Below the pieces are notes generated by a model that had not been told where the DNA came from, made no database searches, and worked only from the letters and a program-made list of their open reading frames with translations. Both the position numbers and the translations under genes were made by a program. A DNA stretch of 10,778 nt from positions 1 to 10,778 of the IMG/VR virus record IMGVR_UViG_2579779002_000007; one strand, 5' to 3'. Below, in pieces: positions 1 through 7,920 of this stretch. Within the stretch, counting starts at the first letter, position 1; the number at the start of each line of letters is the position of its first letter. This stretch comes from a virus (Duplodnaviria > Heunggongvirae > Uroviricota > Caudoviricetes).

Positions 1-1
1 C

Positions 2-319
2 GATGAACTGCGGCGTAAGAAAATCAGCGCGCTTATCCCTCCCCGAAAAGGTGCGGGCTACTGGCCCGGTGAATATGCAGACCGTAACCGTGCAGTGGCT
101 AATCAGCGAATGACCGGGAGTAATGCGCGGTGGAAATGGACAACAGATTACAACCGTCGCTCGATAGCGGAAACGGCGATGTACCGGGTAAAACAGCTGT
201 TCGGGGGGTCACTGACGCTGCGTGACTACGATGGTCAGGTTGCGGAGGCTATGGCCCTGGTACGAGCGCTGAACAAAATGACGAAAGCAGGTATGCCTGA
301 AAGCGTGCGTATTGCCTGA
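2..319 (+). CDS. IS903-family DDE transposase, C-terminal fragment (5' end truncated by window edge)
   Basis: Frame 2 is open from the window start to TGA at 317-319. The listed 74-aa ORF (95-319) is only the part after an internal Met. Recalled similarity to the IS903 transposase C-terminus. Confidence 0.85.
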   Translation, partial: DELRRKKISALIPPRKGAGYWPGEYADRNRAVANQRMTGSNARWKWTTDYNRRSIAETAMYRVKQLFGGSLTLRDYDGQVAEAMALVRALNKMTKAGMPESVRIA

Positions 320-357
320 AAACACAACCCGCTACGGGGGAGACTTACCCGAAATCT

Positions 358-375
358 GATTTATTCAACAAAGCC
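358..375. repeat. IS903 terminal inverted repeat (outer end)
   Basis: GATTTATTCAACAAAGCC, the reverse complement of the canonical 18-bp IS903 IR; abuts the truncated hsdS codons. Confidence 0.7.
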
Positions 376-442
376 CCCCCAATGGCAACCACTCAACCTC
401 AACCCCATCCAGCAATTTTTCCAGATAACTCATCTCGCTCAT
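376..442 (-). pseudogene. hsdS: Type I R-M specificity subunit hsdS, 5' remnant (about 22 codons) truncated by the IS903-family insertion
   Basis: Minus-strand ATG at 442-440 overlaps the hsdM stop (ATGA). Translation [23 protein letters not shown] matches the conserved N-terminus of type IC HsdS proteins, then runs directly into the IS terminal repeat at 375. Confidence 0.6.
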
Positions 443-2001
443 TTCTGCACCTCGCAGCCTTCAATTTCAGCCACAATCGCATCAATATCTTTGCGCAACT
501 GGTCGATTTTGCTGACCGTGGTTTTCAGTTCTGCATTCAACTCAGCGATATCGATAATTTCGCGAGTATCTTTCGCTTCCACATAGCTGCTCACTGACAG
601 GTTATAGTCATTAGCGACAACGGTCTCAAACGCGACAGATTTCGCCAGATGAGCAACATCTTCCTTGCTGGCAAATACCTGCATAATCTGTTCGATATGG
701 GCATCGGTCAGGATATTGTTGTTAGTCTCTTTTTTGAATAGCTCGCTGGCGTCAATAAACTGAACGTTGGTATCGGTTTTATGTTTAGACAGCACCAGAA
801 TGTTTACGGCAATGGTGGTGCCAAAGAACAGGTTCGGAGCCAGTGAAATCACGGTTTCGACATAGTTATTATCGACCAGATACTGACGGATTTTCTGCTC
901 CGCGCCGCCACGGTAAAAAATACCCGGGAAGCAGACAATCGCAGCACGACCTTTGGCCGAAAGATAGTTCAGCGCATGTAATACAAACGCAAAGTCAGCT
1001 TTGGATTTGGGGGCCAGAACGCCAGCCGGGGCAAAACGTTCATCGTTAATCAGCGTCGGGTCATCGCTGCCAATCCATTTCACCGAATACGGCGGGTTAG
1101 AAACGATGGCATCAAACGGTTTTTCATCTCTGAAGTGCGGTTCAGTCAGCGTATTGCCCAGCTTGATATCAAACTTGTCGTAGTTGATGTTGTGCAAAAA
1201 CATGTTCATACGCGCCAGGTTATAGGTCGTATGGTTGATTTCCTGACCAAAAAAAACTTCTTCGATGATATGGTCATCAAACTGTTTTTTAGCCTGCAAC
1301 AACAGCGAACCGGAGCCTGCTGCCGGGTCGTAGATTTTGTTAACGTGGGGCTGCCCGTGCATAGCCAGTTGTGCAATCAGCTTGGAGACGTGTTGCGGTG
1401 TAAAGAACTCGCCGCCTGACTTACCGGCATTCGCCGCATAGTTAGAAATCAGGAACTCATAGGCATCGCCAAACAGGTCAATCTGATGTTCATTGAAGTC
1501 ACCAAGTTTTAACCCTTCAACCCCTTTCAGAACCGCAGCCAGGCGGGCATTTTTATCCTTAACGGTGTTACCCAGGCGGTTACTGGTGGTATCGAAATCA
1601 GCAAACAAACCTTTGATGTCAGCTTCTGAAGGGTAACCGTAAGCAGAGCTTTCGATAGCAACGAAGATACTGTTTAAATCTGCATTCAGTCTGTCATTGG
1701 TATTTGCTTTCGCAGCTACGTTGCAGAAAAGCTGACTTGGGTAGATGAAGTAGCCTTTGGTTTTGATGGCATCGTCTTTAATGTCATCAGTAATTACGCT
1801 GTCATCCAGTTTCGCATAACAGATGCTGTCATCACCGGCTTCAATATAGCTGGAAAAATTTTCGCTGATAAAACGGTAGAAAAGTGCGCCCAGAACGTAT
1901 TGCTTAAAATCCCATCCATCGACCGAACCCCTGACATCGTTAGCAATTTGCCAGATTTGACGATGAAGCTCTGCACGTTGTTGAATACTTGTCATTTTCA
2001 T
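439..2001 (-). CDS. hsdM: Type I restriction-modification N6-adenine DNA methyltransferase subunit HsdM (EcoR124I-like, type IC)
   Basis: 520-aa ORF with AdoMet motif I ([10 protein letters not shown]) and catalytic motif IV (NPPY, in SNPPYSVKW). The N-terminus [17 protein letters not shown] and the 520-aa length match my recollection of EcoR124I HsdM. The stop overlaps the hsdS start. Confidence 0.9.
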   Translation of the reverse strand: MKMTSIQQRAELHRQIWQIANDVRGSVDGWDFKQYVLGALFYRFISENFSSYIEAGDDSICYAKLDDSVITDDIKDDAIKTKGYFIYPSQLFCNVAAKANTNDRLNADLNSIFVAIESSAYGYPSEADIKGLFADFDTTSNRLGNTVKDKNARLAAVLKGVEGLKLGDFNEHQIDLFGDAYEFLISNYAANAGKSGGEFFTPQHVSKLIAQLAMHGQPHVNKIYDPAAGSGSLLLQAKKQFDDHIIEEVFFGQEINHTTYNLARMNMFLHNINYDKFDIKLGNTLTEPHFRDEKPFDAIVSNPPYSVKWIGSDDPTLINDERFAPAGVLAPKSKADFAFVLHALNYLSAKGRAAIVCFPGIFYRGGAEQKIRQYLVDNNYVETVISLAPNLFFGTTIAVNILVLSKHKTDTNVQFIDASELFKKETNNNILTDAHIEQIMQVFASKEDVAHLAKSVAFETVVANDYNLSVSSYVEAKDTREIIDIAELNAELKTTVSKIDQLRKDIDAIVAEIEGCEVQK

Positions 2002-2109
2002 CCACTTATTTCAGGCTTATGTAATTGGATGTGATTCTACAGCAACTTGGATGCTTTAGCAGTTCGGACATTAGGCTACGAATGACCTGCCTAGAGGTTT
2101 GTTAAGCCG

Positions 2110-2177
2110 CAAAGTGCTGGTGCTTTATGCCTGTGAAGTTTATAATTGTGTACACATAACGAGTACACGAGGTGTTT
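2110..2177 (+). promoter_or_regulatory. phd-doc promoter/operator region (perfect -10 TATAAT at 2141-2146; palindrome GTGTACAC at 2148-2155 and a second GTAC-centred half-site at about 2161-2168)
   Basis: Perfect TATAAT followed immediately by an 8-bp perfect palindrome and a related repeat, matching the known architecture of the autoregulated P1 phd-doc operator. GAGG RBS at 2169-2172. Confidence 0.55.
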
Positions 2178-2399
2178 ATGCAATCCATTAACTTCCGTAC
2201 CGCGCGTGGCAACCTTTCTGAAGTGCTCAACAATGTTGAGGCCGGGGAAGAGGTTGAAATCACCCGCAGAGGCCGTGAGCCAGCAGTAATTGTCAGCAAG
2301 GCTACTTTCGAAGCCTACAAAAAAGCGGCGCTGGATGCTGAATTTGCATCCCTGTTTGACACCCTGGACTCCACCAACAAGGAACTGGTTAACCGATAA
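2178..2399 (+). CDS. phd: Phd antitoxin (prevent-host-death), 73 aa
   Basis: [73 protein letters not shown] is recognised as P1 Phd. ATG at 2178 is preferred over the in-frame GTG at 2172 because of RBS spacing and the 73-aa product. Stop overlaps the doc start (TAATG). Confidence 0.9.
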   Translation: MQSINFRTARGNLSEVLNNVEAGEEVEITRRGREPAVIVSKATFEAYKKAALDAEFASLFDTLDSTNKELVNR

Positions 2400-2779
2400 T
2401 GAGGCATATATCACCGGAAGAACTTATTGCGCTTCATGATGCGAATATAAACCGCTACGGCGGCCTGCCGGGAATGTCAGATCCGGGTAGGGCAGAGGCC
2501 ATTATCGGGAGAGTTCAGGCCAGAGTTGCCTACGAAGAGATCACCGACCTTTTCGAAGTCTCCGCCACCTACCTGGTGGCTACGGCGAGAGGGCATATAT
2601 TCAATGATGCCAATAAGCGTACCGCGCTAAACAGTGCGCTGTTATTTCTACGCCGTAACGGGGTGCAGGTATTTGATTCACCTGAACTGGCAGACCTTAC
2701 CGTAGGGGCTGCGACTGGCGAGATATCTGTATCTTCTGTCGCCGCCACGTTACGTAGATTGTATGGTTCTGCGGAGTAG
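2399..2779 (+). CDS. doc: Doc toxin (death-on-curing; Fic/Doc-family kinase), 126 aa
   Basis: 126-aa product with the Fic/Doc core [11 protein letters not shown], recognised as P1 Doc; translationally coupled to phd. Confidence 0.9.
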   Translation: MRHISPEELIALHDANINRYGGLPGMSDPGRAEAIIGRVQARVAYEEITDLFEVSATYLVATARGHIFNDANKRTALNSALLFLRRNGVQVFDSPELADLTVGAATGEISVSSVAATLRRLYGSAE

Positions 2780-2783
2780 ATTA

Positions 2784-2963
2784 ATGGCACGCAAATACAA
2801 CAAATTGTCCCGTGAAGCGTTAAAGATGCTTCTTGATGGCGTGAGTCGCCGCAAGGTAAAGCAATACCTGGTTGGTAAGCAAATTGGTGCCAGGACCGCT
2901 ATTGCTGTGTTATGCCGTCAGGAAATGGCTGTGCTTAAACAGAGAATGCCGGGCAGCAGATAA
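2784..2963 (+). CDS. pdcA: PdcA-like small protein (post-doc gene A), probable helix-turn-helix protein
   Basis: ORF immediately after doc. ATG at 2784 has a GGAG RBS at 2773-2776; the longer listed ORF starts at 2763 inside doc. Position matches P1 gene order phd-doc-pdcA-pdcB. Function unknown. Confidence 0.5.
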   Translation: MARKYNKLSREALKMLLDGVSRRKVKQYLVGKQIGARTAIAVLCRQEMAVLKQRMPGSR

Positions 2964-2990
2964 AGCCCAATCAGTGATTAAAGGTGTGAT

Positions 2991-4034
2991 GTGAAAGCCG
3001 TAATTACTCCCTTTGTACAGAAAGAGCTTGGCCTCGCCACGTTCAAAGTGGATCAGGAGGTCAGAAAGCTGGTGGAGGCTGGCCGTAAATTTATTATGGA
3101 GCCGGTGCCGCGTGAGTTAATCGAGCACATGGAAGACGGCCTCGTTGTTACCGAGCAAACCATGGCAACAAATGAGGCGTTGCAGCCGTTTTTTAACAGC
3201 GATGAACTGTTTCGCCGTATTGGTGGAATTGACGCGCTGGTGGCGTGGTTGCGTAGGAAAGAGGGTCAATGCCAGGCCGCAGATCGTAGTTGGTGTGACA
3301 ACCATATTGTCCACGCTGAACGAGACAATAGCGCTGTGTTGTTGTGCTGGCATCACGATAACCATTACCGGATGCGTGGTTTTAATGAGCTGAAAGAAAC
3401 GCTGCACAATAATCGCGTTAACTGGATACTGGATGTCGCCCGTCAGGAAATGGGCCTTTCAAATAGCCATGATTTAAGTATTCAGGAGCTGTGCTGGTGG
3501 GCTTTCATGCGCAACATGATGCACCTGATGCCGGAAGAAGTCTGCCGCATATCAATAAATAAGATGAAGGCTACTCCGCAGGATAGCGGACCTCTGAAAG
3601 AGGCGGATATTCGCCCGTATGACGATCGCGCTACAGCATATGTTCAGATGATGGAAGAACGCGCCGCGCCGATGCGTGCAAAAGTATGCCCTGTGGATGT
3701 TGACTCCGACCCAGGTATGGCGCATTTCAAAATACCAAAACTTCAATCGCTAAAATTGCCCGAGTACATGGACTTTGTGGCTTCCCGTCCATGCTGTGGC
3801 TGTGGAGCTGCGGGAGCTGGCGCTCACATTACGCCTTATATCGTTCGTCATAGTCGATTATGCGCGCATGACATTTATGCTATTCCTCTGTGCCAGTCAT
3901 GCCAGCGTGATATTGAGCGTGACCGCGATAATTGGGAGAAGACGCACGGCAGGCTGGCGATGCATCAACGATTGTTCTTTGATTACGCGCTTGGAGTCGG
4001 CGCTATCACAAGTCACTCGTCGAGCGTTAGATAA
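2991..4034 (+). CDS. pdcB: PdcB-like protein (post-doc gene B), 347 aa, with two Cys/His-rich HNH-like motifs
   Basis: 347-aa ORF with GTG start and AAGG RBS. Position matches P1 pdcB. Contains [15 protein letters not shown]…[10 protein letters not shown] (aa 94-125) and CCGCG…AHITPYI…IPLCQSCQR (aa 268-306). Confidence 0.6.
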   Translation: MKAVITPFVQKELGLATFKVDQEVRKLVEAGRKFIMEPVPRELIEHMEDGLVVTEQTMATNEALQPFFNSDELFRRIGGIDALVAWLRRKEGQCQAADRSWCDNHIVHAERDNSAVLLCWHHDNHYRMRGFNELKETLHNNRVNWILDVARQEMGLSNSHDLSIQELCWWAFMRNMMHLMPEEVCRISINKMKATPQDSGPLKEADIRPYDDRATAYVQMMEERAAPMRAKVCPVDVDSDPGMAHFKIPKLQSLKLPEYMDFVASRPCCGCGAAGAGAHITPYIVRHSRLCAHDIYAIPLCQSCQRDIERDRDNWEKTHGRLAMHQRLFFDYALGVGAITSHSSSVR

Positions 4035-4035
4035 A

Positions 4036-4052
4036 ATTGCTCTAATGTATTG
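4036..4052 (+). promoter_or_regulatory. C1 repressor operator-like site upstream of lpa
   Basis: ATTGCTCTAATGTATTG matches the recalled P1 C1 operator consensus ATTGCTCTAATAAATTT at 14 of 17 positions (first 11 perfect). Lies directly after the pdcB stop and upstream of lpa, which is known to be C1-controlled in P1. Confidence 0.45.
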
Positions 4053-4122
4053 CTATTTCTTTAATCAAGGGTATTATATTCGTCGTTGATTAGTTGACAT
4101 GGGCTAATCAGTAGGTGACAGG

Positions 4123-4575
4123 ATGTTACTTAACTGGCAGGGACGCCACTTCATGGAAATAAATCACTCACGAATAACATCGTACGAGATTGCGGATTAC
4201 ATGATCCGCACTAAATCTCTTCTATCAGCGAAAGAACTCGCAGCAATTCTTGAAAAGGAATACCCGCATCTGGATGTCGATAAGCGCGATGTTTATCTGC
4301 GCTTAAAGGCTATCGCTGTGTCTAAGTATTCGTCTGTTTTGATTGATGACAGTACACGCCCACGTAGATTTCAGATCCACTCTCTGAATCCTGAATTCTT
4401 TCGCCGTAGCCGCGCTCCGCGCCGGTTTGATGAAAAACTCCAGAACGAACTCTATATGACGCAGGACGAAAAGGAACGCCGGGAGCACCAGCCTTGGGTA
4501 ATGGCGCGTCAACTTTTCAATAAGGTGGCCCGTCAGCACCGTCATTACGGTAATGCCACATCCGCACGTATCTGA
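4123..4575 (+). CDS. lpa: Lpa-like late promoter activator (P1 gene 10)
   Basis: 150-aa basic protein in the conserved position between pdcB and pacA, preceded by a C1 operator-like site. The start may instead be the internal ATG at 4153. Confidence 0.65.
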   Translation: MLLNWQGRHFMEINHSRITSYEIADYMIRTKSLLSAKELAAILEKEYPHLDVDKRDVYLRLKAIAVSKYSSVLIDDSTRPRRFQIHSLNPEFFRRSRAPRRFDEKLQNELYMTQDEKERREHQPWVMARQLFNKVARQHRHYGNATSARI

Positions 4576-4584
4576 TTGATTGCT

Positions 4585-4606
4585 TGCCCGTTCCGGGCCT
4601 TTTGAC
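4585..4606 (+). terminator. Weak hairpin/attenuator-like structure after lpa (GCCCG-TTC-CGGGC followed by CTTTTG)
   Basis: 5-bp GC stem at 4585-4589/4593-4597 with a 3-nt loop and a short T-tract. Overlaps a perfect TTGACA hexamer at 4601-4606. Confidence 0.3.
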
Positions 4607-4661
4607 ATGTGACTTTCGTTACCCTCGCGTCAAAAAGAGTTTTATACGAAAGGAAGCATAA

Positions 4662-5855
4662 GTGACCTGGGACGATCACAAGAAGAATTTTGCTCGCCTG
4701 GCGCGAGATGGTGGTTACACCATCGCACAATATGCCGCCGAGTTTAATCTCAACCCAAACACCGCACGTCGTTATCTCCGTGCATTCAAAGAAGACACCG
4801 GAACAGCGGACAGCCGTAAGCCAAATAAGCCTGTCAGAAAACCACTAAAAAGCATGATCATTGATCACGCTAATGATCAACGTGCAAGTGATCACATTGT
4901 GGCTGAAATGGCTGAAAAACAAAGAGTTAATGCTGTTGTCAGTGCCGCAGTCGAGAACGCTAAGCGCCAAAATAAGCGCATAAATGATCGTTCTGATGAT
5001 CATGACGTGATCACCCGCGCCCACCGGACCTTACGTGATCGCCTGGAACGCGACACCCTGGATGATGATGGTGAACGCTTTGAATTCGAAGCTGGCGATT
5101 ACCTGATAGATAACGTTGAAGCGCGGAAGGCCGCGCGCGCTATGTTGCGTCGATCCGGGGCCGATGTTCTGGAAACCACTCTTCTGGAAAAGTCTCTTTC
5201 TCATCTCCTTATGCTGGAGAACGCCAGGGATACGTGTATTCGCCTGGTGCAGGAAATGCGCGATCAGCAAAAAGACGATGATGAAGGTACTCCGCCTGAA
5301 TACCGTATCGCGAGCATGCTAAACAGCTGTTCCGCGCAGATAAGCAGTCTGATCAACACCATTTACAGCATCCGGAATAACTATCGAAAAGAAAGCCGGG
5401 AGGCGGAAAAGCACGCTTTGTCTATGGGGCAAGCTGGCATTGTTAAGCTGGCATACGAACGAAAGCGTGAAAATAACTGGTCAGTGCTGGAAGCAGCTGA
5501 ATTCATCGAGGCGCATGGCGGGAAAGTGCCGCCCCTGATGCTGGAGCAAATCAAAGCCGATCTGCGTGCTCCTAAGACCAATACCGATGATGAGGAAAGG
5601 CAAACAGCCGTCGGTGGCCCTTCTCTTGAAGATCTGGACAAAGTTGCGCGAGAACGGGCCGCCAACCGCCGCGCCGATGCCGCATTGTGGATTGAGCAGC
5701 GTAGGGAAGAAATCGCCGATATCGTTGATACAGGCGGTTATGGAGATGTTGATACTGAAGGTGTATCAAACGACCCATGGCTGGAACAAGACCTGGACGA
5801 AGACGAGGAGGAAGACGAAGAAGTTACCCGCAAGCTATACGGGGATGATGATTAA
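4662..5855 (+). CDS. pacA: PacA, P1-type terminase pac-recognition (small) subunit, 397 aa
   Basis: GTG start with AAGGAAG RBS; 397 aa, matching P1 PacA length. The pac site hexamer repeats lie inside the 5' part of the ORF as in P1. Stop overlaps the pacB ATG (TAATG). Confidence 0.85.
   Translation: MTWDDHKKNFARLARDGGYTIAQYAAEFNLNPNTARRYLRAFKEDTGTADSRKPNKPVRKPLKSMIIDHANDQRASDHIVAEMAEKQRVNAVVSAAVENAKRQNKRINDRSDDHDVITRAHRTLRDRLERDTLDDDGERFEFEAGDYLIDNVEARKAARAMLRRSGADVLETTLLEKSLSHLLMLENARDTCIRLVQEMRDQQKDDDEGTPPEYRIASMLNSCSAQISSLINTIYSIRNNYRKESREAEKHALSMGQAGIVKLAYERKRENNWSVLEAAEFIEAHGGKVPPLMLEQIKADLRAPKTNTDDEERQTAVGGPSLEDLDKVARERAANRRADAALWIEQRREEIADIVDTGGYGDVDTEGVSNDPWLEQDLDEDEEEDEEVTRKLYGDDD
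4855..5014. other. pac: pac packaging site: 4 + 3 hexanucleotide TGATC(A/G) elements, each carrying a Dam GATC site
   Basis: TGATCA at 4855-4860, 4862-4867, 4874-4879 and 4889-4894 (left cluster). TGATCG at 4985-4990, TGATCA at 4998-5003 and 5009-5014 (right cluster). Matches the known P1 pac architecture with cleavage between the clusters. Confidence 0.7.
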
Positions 5856-7339
5856 TGGCCAGAAGTTGCGTAACGGATCCACGTTGGCGCGAGTTGGTGG
5901 CGCTATATCGTTATGACTGGATTGCGGCCGCTGATGTTTTGTTCGGCAAAACACCTACCTGGCAGCAGGATCTGATTATTGAGTCTGTGCAGGAACAGGG
6001 TAGCAAGACATCTGTTTCGTCTGGTCACGGTACCGGGAAATCAGACATGACTTCTATCATGATCATGTTGTTCATAATCATGTATCCCGGTGCCCGTGCC
6101 ATTATCGTTGCGAACAAAATTCAGCAGGTAATGACCGGTATATTCAAGTACATCAAGATAAACTGGGCTACGGCCACCAGCCGTTTTCCGTGGCTTGCTG
6201 ATTATTTTGTTCTGACAGAAACCGCTTTTTATGAAGTTACTGGTAAAGGTGTATGGACTGTAGTACCGAAGGGCTTTCGTCTGGGAAGTGAATAAGCTCT
6301 CGCAGGTGAACACGCAGATCATCTTCTGTATATTATCGATGAAGCCTCCGGTGTCAGTGATAGAGCTTTCGGTATCATCACCGGTGCTCTTACCGGACAG
6401 GATAACCGCATCTTATTGCTGTCACAGCCTACACGCCCAAGCGGCTATTTCTACGATACTCACCATAAACTGGCCAAGCGTCCTGGTAACCCTGATGGCG
6501 TTTATACGGCGATCACGCTTAACAGTGAGGAATCACCGCTGGTAACGCCAGCATTTATCAAAATGAAGCTGGCGGAGTACGGCGGGCGTGATAACCCTAT
6601 GTACATGATTAAGGTACGCGGACTATTCCCTAAATCACAGGATGGCTTCCTTCTTGGACGTGATGAGGTTGAACGTGCGACGCGGCGGAAAGTCAAGATT
6701 GCCAAAGGATGGGGCTGGCTTGCATGTGTGGACGTTGCTGGTGGTACGGGACGGGATAAGTCCGTTATCAATATCATGATGGTGTCCGGCCAGAGAAATA
6801 AACGCCGTGTAATCAACTATCGAATGCTGGAATACACAGACGTTACAGAAACGCAGCTTGCCGCCAAAATTTTCGCAGAATGTAATCCTGAGCGATTCCC
6901 AAATATCACCATAGCGATAGACGGCGATGGCCTGGGTAAAGCAACGGCGGATCTGATGTACGAGTATTATGGTATTACCGTACAGCGTATACGCTGGGGT
7001 AAAAAGATGCATAGCCGTGAAGATAAGAGCCTGTACTTTGATAAACGTGCTTATGCCAACGTTCAAGCCGCAGAGGCCGTAAAATCTGGTCGTATGAGAC
7101 TGGATAAGGGTAATGAAACTATTGAGGAAGCGTCGAAAATCCCTGTAGGGATTAACTCCGCGGGTCAATGGAAAGTGATGAGTAAGGAGGATATGAAGAA
7201 AAAACTCAACCTGCACTCACCAGACCATTGGGATACATATTGTTTCGCTATGCTGGCGGATTATGTTCCTCAGGATGAAGTGCTTAGCGTCGAAGACGAA
7301 GCGCAGGTTGATGAAGCTCTGGCATGGCTTAATGAATGA
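5855..7339 (+). pseudogene. pacB: PacB-like large terminase subunit, 494 codons in total, interrupted by an in-frame TAA at codon 147 (6293-6295)
   Basis: ORF-track pieces 5855-6295 and 6416-7339 are in the same frame. Hand translation of 6296-6415 is open and encodes the Walker B-like segment [15 protein letters not shown]. Walker A (SGHGTGKS) lies upstream of the stop. Total length of 1485 nt equals the expected P1 PacB size. Confidence 0.7.
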
Positions 7340-7342
7340 ACA

Positions 7343-7359
7343 TTTGCTCTAATGAATTG
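7343..7359 (+). promoter_or_regulatory. C1 operator-like site immediately downstream of pacB stop
   Basis: TTTGCTCTAATGAATTG matches the C1 operator consensus at 14 of 17 positions, with a perfect TTGCTCTAAT core. Confidence 0.4.
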
Positions 7360-7484
7360 TGTTTTTTAACTACCGATGTTACATTGAACCTGACCTCTTG
7401 CGCCTTGAGGCATTTTCGGTTTATGCTTATCAGGCACCTCATTAAAACGGGTGCCGGGATTGAGACCCCGGATAATGCAAAAGG

Positions 7485-7519
7485 CGACACAGACGCCAAA
7501 AGCGTCTTTTTTTGTGTCA
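7485..7519 (+). terminator. Rho-independent terminator after the pac operon
   Basis: Stem AGACGC (7491-7496) / GCGTCT (7502-7507), loop CAAAA, followed by a T7 run (7507-7513). An outer GACACA/TGTGTC pair extends the hairpin. No U-tract on the opposite strand. Confidence 0.55.
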
Positions 7520-7555
7520 TGCCATCGCACAGCCATACGTAGCGTTTAGCTCAGA

Positions 7556-7648
7556 GATCAATGGTAGTGCTGGCTGGGCTGCCGAAAGGCAGGCCGGTTC
7601 CCTTTTGCGCCGGTAGTCTCAACCCAGTCAGTGCTACCGCCATTGAGA
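7556..7648 (+). ncRNA. c4: c4-like antisense RNA candidate (immI-type translational repressor, tRNA-like fold)
   Basis: 7-bp long-range stem TCAATGG (7558-7564) / CCATTGA (7640-7646) encloses a CTGGG/CCCAG helix, a GNRA hairpin (CTGCC-GAAA-GGCAG, 7579-7592) and a hairpin (CCGG 7594-7597 / CCGG 7610-7613) whose 12-nt loop contains CCTTTTGC (7601-7608), perfectly complementary to GCAAAAGG (7680-7687) at the icd RBS. Boundaries are approximate. Confidence 0.4.
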
Positions 7649-7698
7649 TTGAGACCTCACGCGGTAGCTCCTTAAATTAGCAAAAGGAGGCTGCCATT

Positions 7699-7920
7699 GT
7701 GGCTACTATCCCTACCCCTGCTCATTCTGAATTTATCTGGCGCTTTTACTCCTGCCAAAAACGTCACTATCACTTCGTTATTGCACCGACAGAAGATGAG
7801 GCACGTTCTCAGCTTCCGGATGCTCCCTGTATTTTCTCTGCCCGCTTTTCTACCGATTCGCGCAATTCTCTCAGTTACTGGTGCCTCCCTATTAACGCTT
7901 CTGCTCAGGAGGGACTATGA
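7699..7920 (+). CDS. icd: Icd-like small protein (interference with cell division), 73 aa
   Basis: GTG start 8 nt after AAGGAGG (7684-7690). 73 codons matches the recalled size of P1 Icd. Stop overlaps the ant ATG (ATGA), consistent with translational coupling. Frame choice is uncertain. Confidence 0.45.
   Translation: MATIPTPAHSEFIWRFYSCQKRHYHFVIAPTEDEARSQLPDAPCIFSARFSTDSRNSLSYWCLPINASAQEGL

Larger units (their letters stand above)
1..375 (+). mobile_element. IS903-family (IS5 family, IS903 group) insertion sequence, 3' portion including right terminal inverted repeat; 5' part lies outside the window
   Basis: Reading frame open from position 2 encodes a transposase C-terminus (…RNRAVANQRMTGSNARWKWTTDYNRRSIAETAMYRVKQLFGG…ESVRIA) that I recognise as IS903/IS102-like. 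Positions 358-375 (GATTTATTCAACAAAGCC) are the reverse complement of the IS903 terminal IR GGCTTTGTTGAATAAATC. Sequence identity to the element changes abruptly after 375. Confidence 0.85.

Noticed and set aside
95-319. 74-aa ORF as a complete small gene
   Set aside because: The frame is open back to the window start; this is the C-terminal end of the IS903-family transposase.
382-1419. Plus-strand ORFs 382-597, 843-1049, 1001-1183 and 1135-1419, antisense to hsdM/hsdS
   Set aside because: They lie entirely within and opposite the well-supported hsdM frame, have no RBS and have low-complexity or odd composition. Judged to be chance ORFs.
2172-2399. phd starting at GTG 2172 (75 aa)
   Set aside because: ATG at 2178 gives the 73-aa product with appropriate spacing from the GAGG RBS.
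3117-7216. Assorted 60-190-aa ORFs overlapping pdcB, lpa, pacA and pacB on either strand (for example 3117-3407, 3775-4089, 4303-4608, 5031-5270, 5381-5665, 6041-6322, 6635-7216)
   Set aside because: All overlap longer ORFs with recognisable motifs, and none has a convincing start context. Treated as spurious.
6416-7339. 307-aa ORF called as an independent gene with a TTG start
   Set aside because: It is in frame with 5855-6295, and the intervening 6296-6415 is open and encodes the terminase Walker B motif. It is the C-terminal part of pacB downstream of the in-frame TAA, not a separate gene.
7329-7542. ORFs 7336-7542 (+) and 7329-7520 (-) in the pacB-c4 spacer
   Set aside because: The region is occupied by an operator-like site, a hairpin and a rho-independent terminator; the ORFs span the terminator and lack an RBS.
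7541-7650. Possible tRNA gene (TAGCTCAG D-loop-like and GGTTCC T-loop-like sequences, 7-bp acceptor-like stem)
   Set aside because: No canonical cloverleaf can be drawn: the D-stem and anticodon arm do not pair, and there is no CCA or proper T-arm. The tRNA-like features are better explained as an RNase P-processed c4-type antisense RNA.
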